DNA of 64,000 nt from an uncultured Desulfarculaceae bacterium (GTDB lineage Bacteria > Desulfobacterota > Desulfocorpusculales > Desulfocorpusculum): contig CAZEPJ010000001.1 of assembly GCA_964514105.1 (NCBI GenBank), positions 34,448 to 98,447 of the forward strand, in the 5' to 3' direction. Of this stretch, positions 40,627 through 49,569 are shown in pieces. The notes under the pieces were generated by a model. The model was not told where the DNA came from. It searched no databases and saw only the letters and a program-made list of their open reading frames with translations. The position numbers were made by a program, and so were the translations under genes. Within the stretch, counting starts at the first letter, position 1. Every line of letters starts with the position of its first letter.

Positions 40627-41277
40627 ATGACCGCACGGGATGCAGTGCAGTGGCTCACGGCGGAAGGTTTGATTCCGGTCATCCGCGTGGACAGACTCGA
40701 GGCTGCGCTGAAAGCGGCGCAGGCCCTGCGGGGGGGCGGGGCCTCGGTGCTCGAGGTCACCATGAGCGTGCCCGGGGCCCTGGAGGTCATCGGGGAGCTG
40801 GCCCGCGGGCTGGGTCAAGATGTGCTTCTGGGAGCCGGGTCGATCGTGGATCCTCAGACCGCCGGCGCAGCGTTGTCCGCGGGGGCCCGGTTCATCGTGA
40901 GCCCGATTCTGAATCGCAATGTGATCCGCTTGTGTGTCCAGCGATCTGTGGCGGTCATCCCCGGCGCCATGACCCCCACCGAGATCGTCACGGCCTGGCG
41001 ATGGGGGGCCAGCCTTGTCAAGGTCTTCCCGGCGGCCCAGCTGGGGGGGGCCGCGTACATCCGAGCCCTCCGGGGCCCGCTGCCCCAGATCCCCCTGGTG
41101 CCCACGGGGGGCGTCACCCTGGAATCGGTCCCGGCTTACATCCAAGCCGGCGCCGCAGCACTGGGGGTCGGGGGCGAACTGGTGGACAAGGCCGCCCTGG
41201 CCCGAGGGGCGTTGGCCGTCGTATCCGAGAAGACCGCGGCGTATCTCCAGGCCATCCGCGCAGCCCGGGGGGGCTGA
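40627..41277 (+). CDS. eda: 2-dehydro-3-deoxyphosphogluconate (KDPG)/KHG aldolase
   Basis: Internal ATG of table ORF 39577..41277. It has the Eda-family pattern LIPVIRV...VLEVTMSVPGA...GAGSIVD...VKVFPA. Confidence 0.8.
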   Translation: MTARDAVQWLTAEGLIPVIRVDRLEAALKAAQALRGGGASVLEVTMSVPGALEVIGELARGLGQDVLLGAGSIVDPQTAGAALSAGARFIVSPILNRNVIRLCVQRSVAVIPGAMTPTEIVTAWRWGASLVKVFPAAQLGGAAYIRALRGPLPQIPLVPTGGVTLESVPAYIQAGAAALGVGGELVDKAALARGALAVVSEKTAAYLQAIRAARGG

Positions 41278-41293
41278 GAACCAGCCCCGGTTT
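41270..41293. terminator. Bidirectional hairpin terminator between convergent eda and dehydratase genes
   Basis: GGGGCTG-agaac-CAGCCCC is a perfect 7-bp stem followed by GGTTT. It lies in the 23-nt gap between the two stops. Confidence 0.45.
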
Positions 41294-41300
41294 CCCCCCG

Positions 41301-42974
41301 TCACTCGAACCGATGGCGGATGATGGCCCCTTTGTCGGCGGATTCGGCCAGCCGGGCATACAGCGCCAGATACCCGCTTCTGAACTTGGGCACTGGCCGC
41401 CTCCATCGGGTCAGGCGATCCCGGATCTCTGCCTCCTCCACATGGAGTCGGAGACTCCGGTTGGGGATGTCCACGGTCACCTCGTCGCCGTCCTGAACGA
41501 TGGCGATGGGCCCCCCCTCGGCCGCCTCCGGGGAGACGTGGCCCACGAAGCAGCCGTTGTTGGTCCCTGAGAAGCGTCCGTCGGTGACCAGGGCCGTCTT
41601 CAGGGCCAATCCCCTCCCGTAAAGGAGCTTCATGGCCGTGTACATCTCCCGCATGCCCGGGCCTCCCTTGGGGCCTTCGTATCGGATGACCACCACCTCC
41701 CCCGCCCGGACCCTGCCCTCGAGGATGGCCTCGTTGGCGGCCTCCTCGGAATCGAAGCAGCGGGCCCGGCCCGTGAAGACGTGCATCTGGGGGGCGATGG
41801 CCGCGGGCTTGGTGATGGCGGTGTTTGGGGCGAGGTTGCCCCGAAGTACAGCGAGCCCCCCCTCGCGGCTCCACGGGTCGGAGGCGGGGCGTATGATGCG
41901 CCCGTCCAGGATCCGGGCGTGGGCCACGTTCTCCGCCGCGCTCTTCCCCGTGACGGTCATGGCGTCACCGTGGAGGAGGGGGAGGATCTCCTTCATCACC
42001 GCGGGCACGCCCCCGGCAGCGTGGAAGTCCGGGACGTTGAGGGGGGCGGCGGGGTTCATCTTGGCGATGTGGGGGGTGCTTCGGCACAGCGACTCGAATT
42101 GATCCATATCCAGGTCGCACGCCGCCTCGTACCCGATGGCCGGCAGGTGCAACGCCACGTTGGTGGAGCCACCCACGGCCGTGCTGACCCGGATGGCGTT
42201 TTCCAACCCCTTGCGGTTGATGATCTGCCGGGCGGTGATACCGCGGCGAAAGAGCTCCACCACCTGTCGGCCCGATTCCTGGGCGGATCGGAGCCGGTGG
42301 GCCTGGGTGGCGGGAATGGTGGCGCTCCACGGGAGGGACATGCCCATGGCCTCGGCCACGCAGCACATGGTGTTGGCCGTCCCGAAGAAGGAGCATGAGC
42401 CGCAAGTGGGTGCGGCGCAGTCCTCCAGGCGCTGATACTCCTCCAGGGTGATCCTTCCAGCCTTGAGCATGCCCATGGCCTCGGTGATGGAGGTGGTGTC
42501 CGAGGCCCGGCCGTCGAACTCACAGCCCCCCTCCATGGGTCCTCCCGCCACCAAGATGGCCGGCAGATCCAGGCGGGCTGCGGCCATGAGCATACCGGGG
42601 ACGATCTTGTCGCACGAGCCCAGGAGCACCACGGCATCCAGCCGGTGGGCCTCGATCATCATCTCGATGTCGTGGGCGATGAGGTCCCGCGTGGGAAGGA
42701 TGCAGTGCATCCCCTCATGGCCCTGGGCGATGCCGTCGCATGCGGCGATGACCCCGAACTCCACGGGGGTGCCTCCGGCCTGCCGGATCCCCTGTTGGAC
42801 ATACTCCGAGACAAGATCCAGGTTGTAGTGGCCCGGAACCACTCGGTTCCAGGAATTGGCGATGCCGATGAGCGGGCGCTCCAGGTCATAATCGCTGAAC
42901 CCCATGGACTTGTACAGGGCCCGATGCATGGACCAGTCGGGCTGCCTCAATATCTCCTTGCTTCGCCACTTCAT
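41301..42974 (-). CDS. IlvD/EDD-family dehydratase (dihydroxy-acid or sugar-acid dehydratase)
   Basis: The start was reset to MKWRSKEILRQPDWSMHRALYKSMGF, preceded by AAGGAGG. The IlvD/EDD signature is present, including the CDKIVPGM cluster-ligand Cys. Its position among sugar-acid genes suggests a sugar-acid dehydratase rather than IlvD. Confidence 0.8.
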   Translation of the reverse strand: MKWRSKEILRQPDWSMHRALYKSMGFSDYDLERPLIGIANSWNRVVPGHYNLDLVSEYVQQGIRQAGGTPVEFGVIAACDGIAQGHEGMHCILPTRDLIAHDIEMMIEAHRLDAVVLLGSCDKIVPGMLMAAARLDLPAILVAGGPMEGGCEFDGRASDTTSITEAMGMLKAGRITLEEYQRLEDCAAPTCGSCSFFGTANTMCCVAEAMGMSLPWSATIPATQAHRLRSAQESGRQVVELFRRGITARQIINRKGLENAIRVSTAVGGSTNVALHLPAIGYEAACDLDMDQFESLCRSTPHIAKMNPAAPLNVPDFHAAGGVPAVMKEILPLLHGDAMTVTGKSAAENVAHARILDGRIIRPASDPWSREGGLAVLRGNLAPNTAITKPAAIAPQMHVFTGRARCFDSEEAANEAILEGRVRAGEVVVIRYEGPKGGPGMREMYTAMKLLYGRGLALKTALVTDGRFSGTNNGCFVGHVSPEAAEGGPIAIVQDGDEVTVDIPNRSLRLHVEEAEIRDRLTRWRRPVPKFRSGYLALYARLAESADKGAIIRHRFE

Positions 42975-43172
42975 TGGGGATCCTCCTTGGATTGAAGTAC
43001 CATTCTGGTTGCATCCTGCGGAGTCATGCATGGCAATGATGCGACGGCAGCCCCATATCCGTACCCTTTGCCCACGGCCGCTCCCGGGCAACGGGATCCG
43101 GGACAGAGGGCTGCCGCCTCAGGCGTGGCTCTCCATGACGGTATTGGCAGGCCGGCCACACATCGTCAGCCC

Positions 43173-44429
43173 TCAGAAGGGGAGCAGGTCGCCCACGTCG
43201 TCGAACGCCATGTCGCATGCGGGTTCCTCGACCGTGAGGTCCTCCCGGCCTTGCATCTCCTCGAGATAGGCCTCCGAAACCATCACCTCGGCCAGGTCGA
43301 TGGTGCTGCGGATGCGGATCACCCGGGCGTCCTCGGGCCGGATGTATCCGATGGTCTGCAGGGCTTCCTCCAAAGCCACGCGGTCCGTCTGGAATCCGAT
43401 GGGGACCGCGGCCAGATACGGGCGGTTTCCCGTCATGGTGTTGATCCGGGTGATCTCTGGATCGATCTTCCCGATCAACCTGGCGTGGGCGTATTCCGCG
43501 AATCCGACCCCGGTGGCGTTCCCCTTGGTCTCGGGAGTCAGATCGCGGACATAGATGCGGGTGACCTTGGGGTATTCGTCCGGGGCGGCATAATGGACGT
43601 AGTACTTCCGGCCGATGACGTTGCTGTCCATGCCGGTCCCGCTGATGTTCTTGCCCATCTGGTCCACGATGAGGAGATCCACGCGCTGGAAAGGAAGCCG
43701 GGGGAGCCACTTGCGGGCCATCACCAACAGCTCCTTTTCCCGCTCCAGAAACCGGGGCGGCTCCAACGCCTCGATGAACGCCGGCTCGTGGGCGGCGTTC
43801 TCCAGGATGGCGAGTCCGAGGAGTATCCTGCACTTCTCAATGACCGTCTGGGCGACCGATCGGATGATGTGGTCGAAACTGTAATGAACGAAGGCCTGAT
43901 GGTAGACCTTGGCCCCCTCGTGCTTTCCCAGGCCGATGAGCATCATCTTGTGGAGGCCGCTCTCGATCTCCCCCGTGAAGTCGGTGTGCGGACGCACCCG
44001 CCCCACCACCAGGACGTGGTCCGCCTCGTGGGCGCACTTGTCGAAGAAGACGGGGATGCCGTCCTCGGTGGTCCCGACCTGCACGACCTCCATGGAGGCC
44101 CGGATGGGGGCGCCGGTATAGGACTCGGTGACCCCGTATCCCTCGACGATGGCCCTTTGGCCCTGGGCGGTCCCTCCGCCATGGCTGCCCATGGCCGGGA
44201 CGATGAACGGGTGTGCCCCCCGGGCCTTCACTTCCTCCACCAGGCTGCGGATGATGAGCGCGATTTGGGCGATGCCCCGGCTTCCCACGGGGATGGCCAC
44301 GGACTGTCCCGGTCGGATCCGGTGGAAGGCGGACTGCGTCGCGAGGGTCTGGCGGACCGCTGCCGCCACGTCGGCCACACGCGGGGCCTCAAAGCGCTGG
44401 GCAATGCGCAACATCCTGGGGTACGGCAT
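43173..44429 (-). CDS. LarA-like (nickel-pincer-dependent 2-hydroxyacid racemase/epimerase family, DUF2088) protein
   Basis: Start at MPYPRMLRI preceded by GGAGGAA. Length (about 420 aa) and overall pattern resemble the lactate racemase N-terminal-domain family. No larBCE genes are in this window. Confidence 0.5.
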   Translation of the reverse strand: MPYPRMLRIAQRFEAPRVADVAAAVRQTLATQSAFHRIRPGQSVAIPVGSRGIAQIALIIRSLVEEVKARGAHPFIVPAMGSHGGGTAQGQRAIVEGYGVTESYTGAPIRASMEVVQVGTTEDGIPVFFDKCAHEADHVLVVGRVRPHTDFTGEIESGLHKMMLIGLGKHEGAKVYHQAFVHYSFDHIIRSVAQTVIEKCRILLGLAILENAAHEPAFIEALEPPRFLEREKELLVMARKWLPRLPFQRVDLLIVDQMGKNISGTGMDSNVIGRKYYVHYAAPDEYPKVTRIYVRDLTPETKGNATGVGFAEYAHARLIGKIDPEITRINTMTGNRPYLAAVPIGFQTDRVALEEALQTIGYIRPEDARVIRIRSTIDLAEVMVSEAYLEEMQGREDLTVEEPACDMAFDDVGDLLPF

Positions 44430-44866
44430 GGGTTCCTCCGGCAATGAATGGTAAGGAAGGGAATTCAATCCCGCTGTCCCGGGCGCGGTGCCGGCAGCCC
44501 GGCGTCAGGCCGACGGACCGTCCAGCAGGTCCCCTCGATAGTATGACAATCCTCCGGCCTTGGCAACGGCGAGGGCGGTCCCATATCCTTTCCGTGGCGG
44601 ATGGCTGGTGAGCGTGACGGGGCCATCTCCGTGCGCTCGACGCCTTCACGATCACCCCCTGACAGCTCGCAGCCCGGCCAACGGCGGGGTTGCCCCCTTC
44701 CGTCACAGGCAGGATCTCCCTCGTTCAAGGGCGAAGTCCCGCCTTTGGCGAGGCTGCCTGCTCGCTTGTCATGGGCGCCCCGTCGCGCTGCTGCCGACGC
44801 AGGGCTCCGGGACTGGGGACTGCCCTCGTACCTGACGGGCTTCCTGGGGGCGGCAGGTGACGTCCC

Positions 44867-44895
44867 TTGACAAATCCAAGTCGTTGTAAGTATGT
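44867..44895 (+). promoter_or_regulatory. Candidate sigma70 promoter with a ~200-nt leader upstream of the sugar ABC operon
   Basis: TTGACA, 17 nt, then GTATGT (or a TAAGTA -10). It lies within a 640-nt ORF-free region between the larA-like and SBP genes. Confidence 0.3.
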
Positions 44896-45105
44896 TCGTG
44901 GCACGCGCGCGGTTGAAGCGACCCGTTCCTCGTCCATCAGCCCCTTTGCTTCCGAGCGAGCTGTCAAGGCGCGTGCATTCATCCTCCGTCAGTTCAACGG
45001 ACGCGCGAGGCGTCGTTGGCCCCCCGGCCGCTTGGGAAGGGAGGTGGACCAGGGCCTCGGGGGGCCATGGAAACAACCTCAAACAACTCCAGGAGGTGAA
45101 GATCC

Positions 45106-46473
45106 ATGGACGAGAGAGAGCTGAAGCTGTCGAGAAGGGATTTCATCAAGACCGCGGGGGCGGGGGTGGCGGGGGCCACGCTCCTGTCCGGGTCGCTGGG
45201 ATCGATGACGGGAACGGCCCTGGCGGCGGCAGGTCCCCCCAACCTGGCCGTGGAGAAGGGGGCCGCGCTCAAGGTCCTGCGCTGGAGTCCCTTCGTGGCG
45301 GCGGACAAGGACATTTGGGAGCAGAACACCCGGAAATGGGAGCAAGCCACGGGCGGCAAGGTGGTCACCGAGTATCTCTCGTGGGAGGACGTCCGGCCCA
45401 AGGCCGCCATGGAGGCCTCGGTGGGGGCGGGCCACGACATCGTCCTGGGTTGGCATGACGACCCCTTCCTGTATCCGGACAAACTCCTGGATGTGACGGA
45501 CGTCTGCGCGTATCTCGGCGGCAAGTACGGCGGTTGGGAGGACGTGGCCGTCAAGTACGGGGTCAACCCCAAGACGGGCAGATGGATCGACATCCCCATC
45601 GGCGGGCCGGGCCAGGCCATCTGCTACCGCAAGAGCTGGGTCAACGAGGCGGGCTACCCCGAGATGCCGCTCCAGATGGACAAGTTCATCGACTGCTGCA
45701 AGAAACTCAAGGCCAAGGGGCATCCCGTGGGCTTTGCCCTGGGCCACGCGGTGGGGGACGGCAACAACTGGGCCCACGGGTTTCTCTGGGCCTTCGGGGG
45801 CAAGACCGTGAACAAGGACGGCTCGCCGGCCATCAACAGCAAGGAGACCCGAGCGGCCCTGGCGGCCATGAAGGACCTGTACGACAACGCCATGATCCCG
45901 GGGTGCGCTTCCTGGCTCGATCCGCACAACAACAAGGCGTACCTGGCCGGGGAGATCTCGGCCACCAACAACGGGATCAGCATCTACTACGCCGCCAAGA
46001 AGGATTTTCCCCAGGTCGCCGAGGATACATTCCACCAGTATCCGCCCCGGGGGCCCTCGGGCAAACCCACGGAGCTCCACCTGTTTGACCCGGCCTTCAT
46101 CTTCAAGCACACGCCCTATCCCCAGGCCGCCAAGCACTATCTGATGTTCATGATGGAGAAGGAGCAGGCGGGCCCGTGGATCAACGGGATGCTGGGCTAC
46201 GTGAGCCCGGCCCTCAAGGCGTACAAGGAACTTCCCGTGTGGACCTCGGACCCCAAGCACACGGTGTACCGCGACTGCATCGCCAACATGCTCTGGACCG
46301 GATATGAAGGCCCCATCGGTCCGGCCTCGGCTGCGGTCATGGCCGAGTACGTGGTGGTGGATCTGTTCGCCAACGTCTGCGCCAAGGGCATGAGTGCGGA
46401 CAAGGCCATCGAGGTGGCTGAGAGGGCCATCGTCAAGGCGTACAAAGTCAAGAAGGCGGCCACCAAGGGATAG
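45106..46473 (+). CDS. ABC transporter substrate-binding protein, carbohydrate CUT1 family, Tat-exported
   Basis: Twin-arginine signal SRRDFIKTAGAGVAGATLL. Family 1 extracellular solute-binding protein pattern with an AGGAGG RBS. Confidence 0.85.
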   Translation: MDERELKLSRRDFIKTAGAGVAGATLLSGSLGSMTGTALAAAGPPNLAVEKGAALKVLRWSPFVAADKDIWEQNTRKWEQATGGKVVTEYLSWEDVRPKAAMEASVGAGHDIVLGWHDDPFLYPDKLLDVTDVCAYLGGKYGGWEDVAVKYGVNPKTGRWIDIPIGGPGQAICYRKSWVNEAGYPEMPLQMDKFIDCCKKLKAKGHPVGFALGHAVGDGNNWAHGFLWAFGGKTVNKDGSPAINSKETRAALAAMKDLYDNAMIPGCASWLDPHNNKAYLAGEISATNNGISIYYAAKKDFPQVAEDTFHQYPPRGPSGKPTELHLFDPAFIFKHTPYPQAAKHYLMFMMEKEQAGPWINGMLGYVSPALKAYKELPVWTSDPKHTVYRDCIANMLWTGYEGPIGPASAAVMAEYVVVDLFANVCAKGMSADKAIEVAERAIVKAYKVKKAATKG

Positions 46474-46547
46474 CCGGTTCGGCCTGGGCTTCCCCTTGCC
46501 CCTCGGACCATCCGAAGGCGGGGGAGGGGTGATTCGGAGGAGGGGCT

Positions 46548-47477
46548 TTGTCGGTCAGGGTGCACGAGCAGGTCGCGGGGGCCACGGGGATGCGGGGGCG
46601 CCTTGCCCGGGCGCTGGACAACCCGACGATCCTGGGCATCCTGTTCGTGGCGCCGGCGGAGCTCCTCCTCCTGGTATTTCTGGCATATCCCTTTTTCCTG
46701 GGCCTGTGGCTCGGGTTCACCGACACGGTGGTGGGGCGGGAGGGGAACTTCATCGGGGTCGAGAACTACGCGGACCTGCTGGACGACCCGTCCTTCTGGC
46801 TCACGGTGTTCAATACATTTCTCTATACCGTGGTGGCCGTGTTCTTCAAGGCCGTCTTGGGCATCGGGCTGGCCGTCGTGCTCAACCGGGACTTCCGGTC
46901 CAAGGGGCTCATGCGGGCCGTCGTGCTGCTGCCCTGGATCATCCCCACGGCCCTGAGCGCCATTTGCTTCTGGTGGCTCTACGACGCCACCTTCAGCGGC
47001 ATCTCCTGGGTCCTCATCCGGCTGGGCCTCATCGATACCACGATCAACTTCTTGGGCGATCCGTGGAACGCCCGCTTCTCCCTCATCGCGGCCAATGTGT
47101 GGCGGGGCATCCCGTTCTTCACCATCGGGCTCCTGGCGGGGCTGCAGACCATCAACCCGGATCTGTACGAGGCCGCGGACCTGGACGGGGCCACCTCCTG
47201 GTCCAAGTTCCGGCGGATCACCCTGCCGTTGATCACGCCGCTCTTGGCCGTGGTGACGGCCTTCTCCACCATCTGGACCTTCGCCGATTTCCAGCTCATC
47301 TGGGTCATCACCAAGGGCGGACCCGCTGGGGCCACCCACATCTTCGGGACCCTGTCCTTCCAGCGGGCCATGGCAGGAGGACACTTCGGCGAGGGAGCGG
47401 CCATCTCCAACTTCATGCTTCCCATTCTCGTTGTATGCGTGCTCGTCAGCTTCAAATATCTGCGGAGGGAGGACTGA
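46548..47477 (+). CDS. Sugar ABC transporter permease (MalF/UgpA-like)
   Basis: The EAA-loop motif region is present, with 6-TM topology. Confidence 0.85.
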   Translation: MSVRVHEQVAGATGMRGRLARALDNPTILGILFVAPAELLLLVFLAYPFFLGLWLGFTDTVVGREGNFIGVENYADLLDDPSFWLTVFNTFLYTVVAVFFKAVLGIGLAVVLNRDFRSKGLMRAVVLLPWIIPTALSAICFWWLYDATFSGISWVLIRLGLIDTTINFLGDPWNARFSLIAANVWRGIPFFTIGLLAGLQTINPDLYEAADLDGATSWSKFRRITLPLITPLLAVVTAFSTIWTFADFQLIWVITKGGPAGATHIFGTLSFQRAMAGGHFGEGAAISNFMLPILVVCVLVSFKYLRRED

Positions 47478-47481
47478 CGGT

Positions 47482-48321
47482 ATGGTGGGCGAGAGGCTCG
47501 GCTCCAGGCTCCTCAAGTTCTACCTCCCCCTCGTCCTGTACCTGTTCTTCCTGCTCTTCCCCTTCTACTGGATGATCAACACGGTTTTCAAGTCGGACAA
47601 GGAACTCTACGACCTGGGGCTCAATCCCTTTCTCATCCACAGCCCCACCCTGGGAAACATCGTCCACCTCTTTACCCAGACCATCTTCCTCCAATGGATG
47701 GGCAACACCTTCTTCGTGGCCCTCACGGCCACGGCCCTTTCCCTGACGGCCAGCCTCCTGGCCGCCTACGCCATCCAGCGGCTCCGGTTCAAGACCTCCC
47801 AGTCGACGGGCGTGGCCATCTTCCTGAGCTATCTCGTCCCCCAGACCATCCTGTTCATCCCGCTGGCGCACATCATCTTCAAGCTCAGGCTGTGGGACTC
47901 CCTGTGGTCCCTGGTCCTGACCTACCCCACTTTTCTGGTCCCGTTCTGCACCTGGCTCCTCATGGGATACTTCAAGTCCATCCCCAGGGAGATGGAGGAG
48001 TGCGCCATGATCGACGGGGCCAGCCGGGCCAAGATCTTCCGGAAGATCATCCTGCCCCTGTGCCTGCCGGGGATCCTCTCGGCGGGGATATTCTGCTTCA
48101 CCTTGTCCTGGAACGAGTACATCTACTCCCTGGCCTTCATCTCCACCACCTCGAGCAAGACCGTCCCCATCGGACTCGTGACCGAACTGGTCCGGGGCGA
48201 TGTATATCACTGGGGCCCCCTGATGGCGGGGGCGCTGTGCGCATCGGTCCCCGTGGCCCTGGTCTACTCCTTCTTCGTGGAGCACTACGTGGCCGGCATG
48301 ACAGGGGCCCTCAAGGAGTGA
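47482..48321 (+). CDS. Sugar ABC transporter permease (MalG/UgpE-like)
   Basis: Internal ATG after a GGAGGGAGG RBS. The EAA motif is present, as in MIDGASRAKIFRKIILPL. Confidence 0.85.
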   Translation: MVGERLGSRLLKFYLPLVLYLFFLLFPFYWMINTVFKSDKELYDLGLNPFLIHSPTLGNIVHLFTQTIFLQWMGNTFFVALTATALSLTASLLAAYAIQRLRFKTSQSTGVAIFLSYLVPQTILFIPLAHIIFKLRLWDSLWSLVLTYPTFLVPFCTWLLMGYFKSIPREMEECAMIDGASRAKIFRKIILPLCLPGILSAGIFCFTLSWNEYIYSLAFISTTSSKTVPIGLVTELVRGDVYHWGPLMAGALCASVPVALVYSFFVEHYVAGMTGALKE

Positions 48322-48328
48322 CGCCGAC

Positions 48329-49429
48329 ATGGCAGAAGTGCGGCTGGAGAGTGTGTCCAAGCGTTTCGACGACGTGGTGGCCGTCAACGAGTTCAGCCTG
48401 ACCATAGCGGACAAGGAGTTCGTGGTGCTGGTGGGTCCCAGCGGCTGCGGGAAGACCACGACGCTGCGGATGGTGGCGGGGCTGGAGTCCATCACCAGCG
48501 GGAAGGTCTTCATCCAGGATCGCCTCATCAACGACGTCCCGGCCCGGGATCGCAATATCGCCATGGTCTTCCAGAACTACGCCCTGTACCCCCACATGAC
48601 CGTGTACGAGAACATGGCCTTCGGCCTGGAAATGCGAAAAGTCCCCGGGGAGGAGATCCGGCGGCGCGTGGAGGATGCGGCCGACATCCTGGACATCGGC
48701 CATCTCCTGGCCCGAAAGCCCAAGCAACTCTCGGGCGGCCAGCGACAGCGCGTGGCAGTGGGACGCGCCATCGTGCGCAAGCCCCAGGTCTTCCTGTTTG
48801 ACGAACCCTTGTCCAATCTGGACGCCAAGCTCCGGGTGCAGACCCGGGTCGAGCTGAAGAAGCTTCACGAGCGTCTGGCCACCACGGCCATCTACGTGAC
48901 CCACGATCAGGTGGAGGCCATGACCATGGGCGACCGCATCGTGGTCATGAAGGACGGGCTCATTCAGCAGGTGGGCGCGCCCCTGGAGCTGTACAACGGC
49001 CCGACGAACAGGTTCGTGGCCGGGTTTCTGGGAAGCCCTTCCATGAACTTCTTCGAGGCGGAGCTGGTGGGCTCTGCGGGCGGCCTGTCGGTTGTGCGGA
49101 GGCAGGTGCGCATCGACCTGCCGCCGAAGGCAGCCGGAAGGCTCCGCGGCAGTCCGGGCAGGAGGGTCATCGTCGGCATCCGGCCCGAAGACCTCCCCAT
49201 GGCCCCGGCCCATGTGCCGGGCAGGACAATCCAGGCCACGGTGGAGGTGGTGGAGCCCGTCGGCAGCGAGACGTACGTGGATGCCAATGCAGACGGGCTT
49301 TCCCTCATCGCCGGCGTGGGGAGAAACACGGCAGTGCAGCCCCACCAGGACGTGATCCTGGAGCCCATTGCGGAGCGCATCCATCTGTTCGACCTCCAGT
49401 CCGAGACGGCACTCCTGGGACGTCCCTGA
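48329..49429 (+). CDS. Sugar ABC transporter ATP-binding protein (MalK/UgpC-like)
   Basis: Walker A GPSGCGKTT, signature LSGGQRQR, Walker B LFDEPLSNLD, and a C-terminal TOBE-like domain. Confidence 0.9.
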   Translation: MAEVRLESVSKRFDDVVAVNEFSLTIADKEFVVLVGPSGCGKTTTLRMVAGLESITSGKVFIQDRLINDVPARDRNIAMVFQNYALYPHMTVYENMAFGLEMRKVPGEEIRRRVEDAADILDIGHLLARKPKQLSGGQRQRVAVGRAIVRKPQVFLFDEPLSNLDAKLRVQTRVELKKLHERLATTAIYVTHDQVEAMTMGDRIVVMKDGLIQQVGAPLELYNGPTNRFVAGFLGSPSMNFFEAELVGSAGGLSVVRRQVRIDLPPKAAGRLRGSPGRRVIVGIRPEDLPMAPAHVPGRTIQATVEVVEPVGSETYVDANADGLSLIAGVGRNTAVQPHQDVILEPIAERIHLFDLQSETALLGRP

Positions 49430-49569
49430 GACGCAAGCCGCCGAGGCAAGCCGGGCCGCAATCCACGGGAAGACACGGGGGTTCGTGCGCCGGGGAGGGG
49501 CGATGTGTGCAACGAGCCCCCGGCCGTGAAGGGCCATGACTGCCAGCCATTGCCATATGAGGAGGACCC

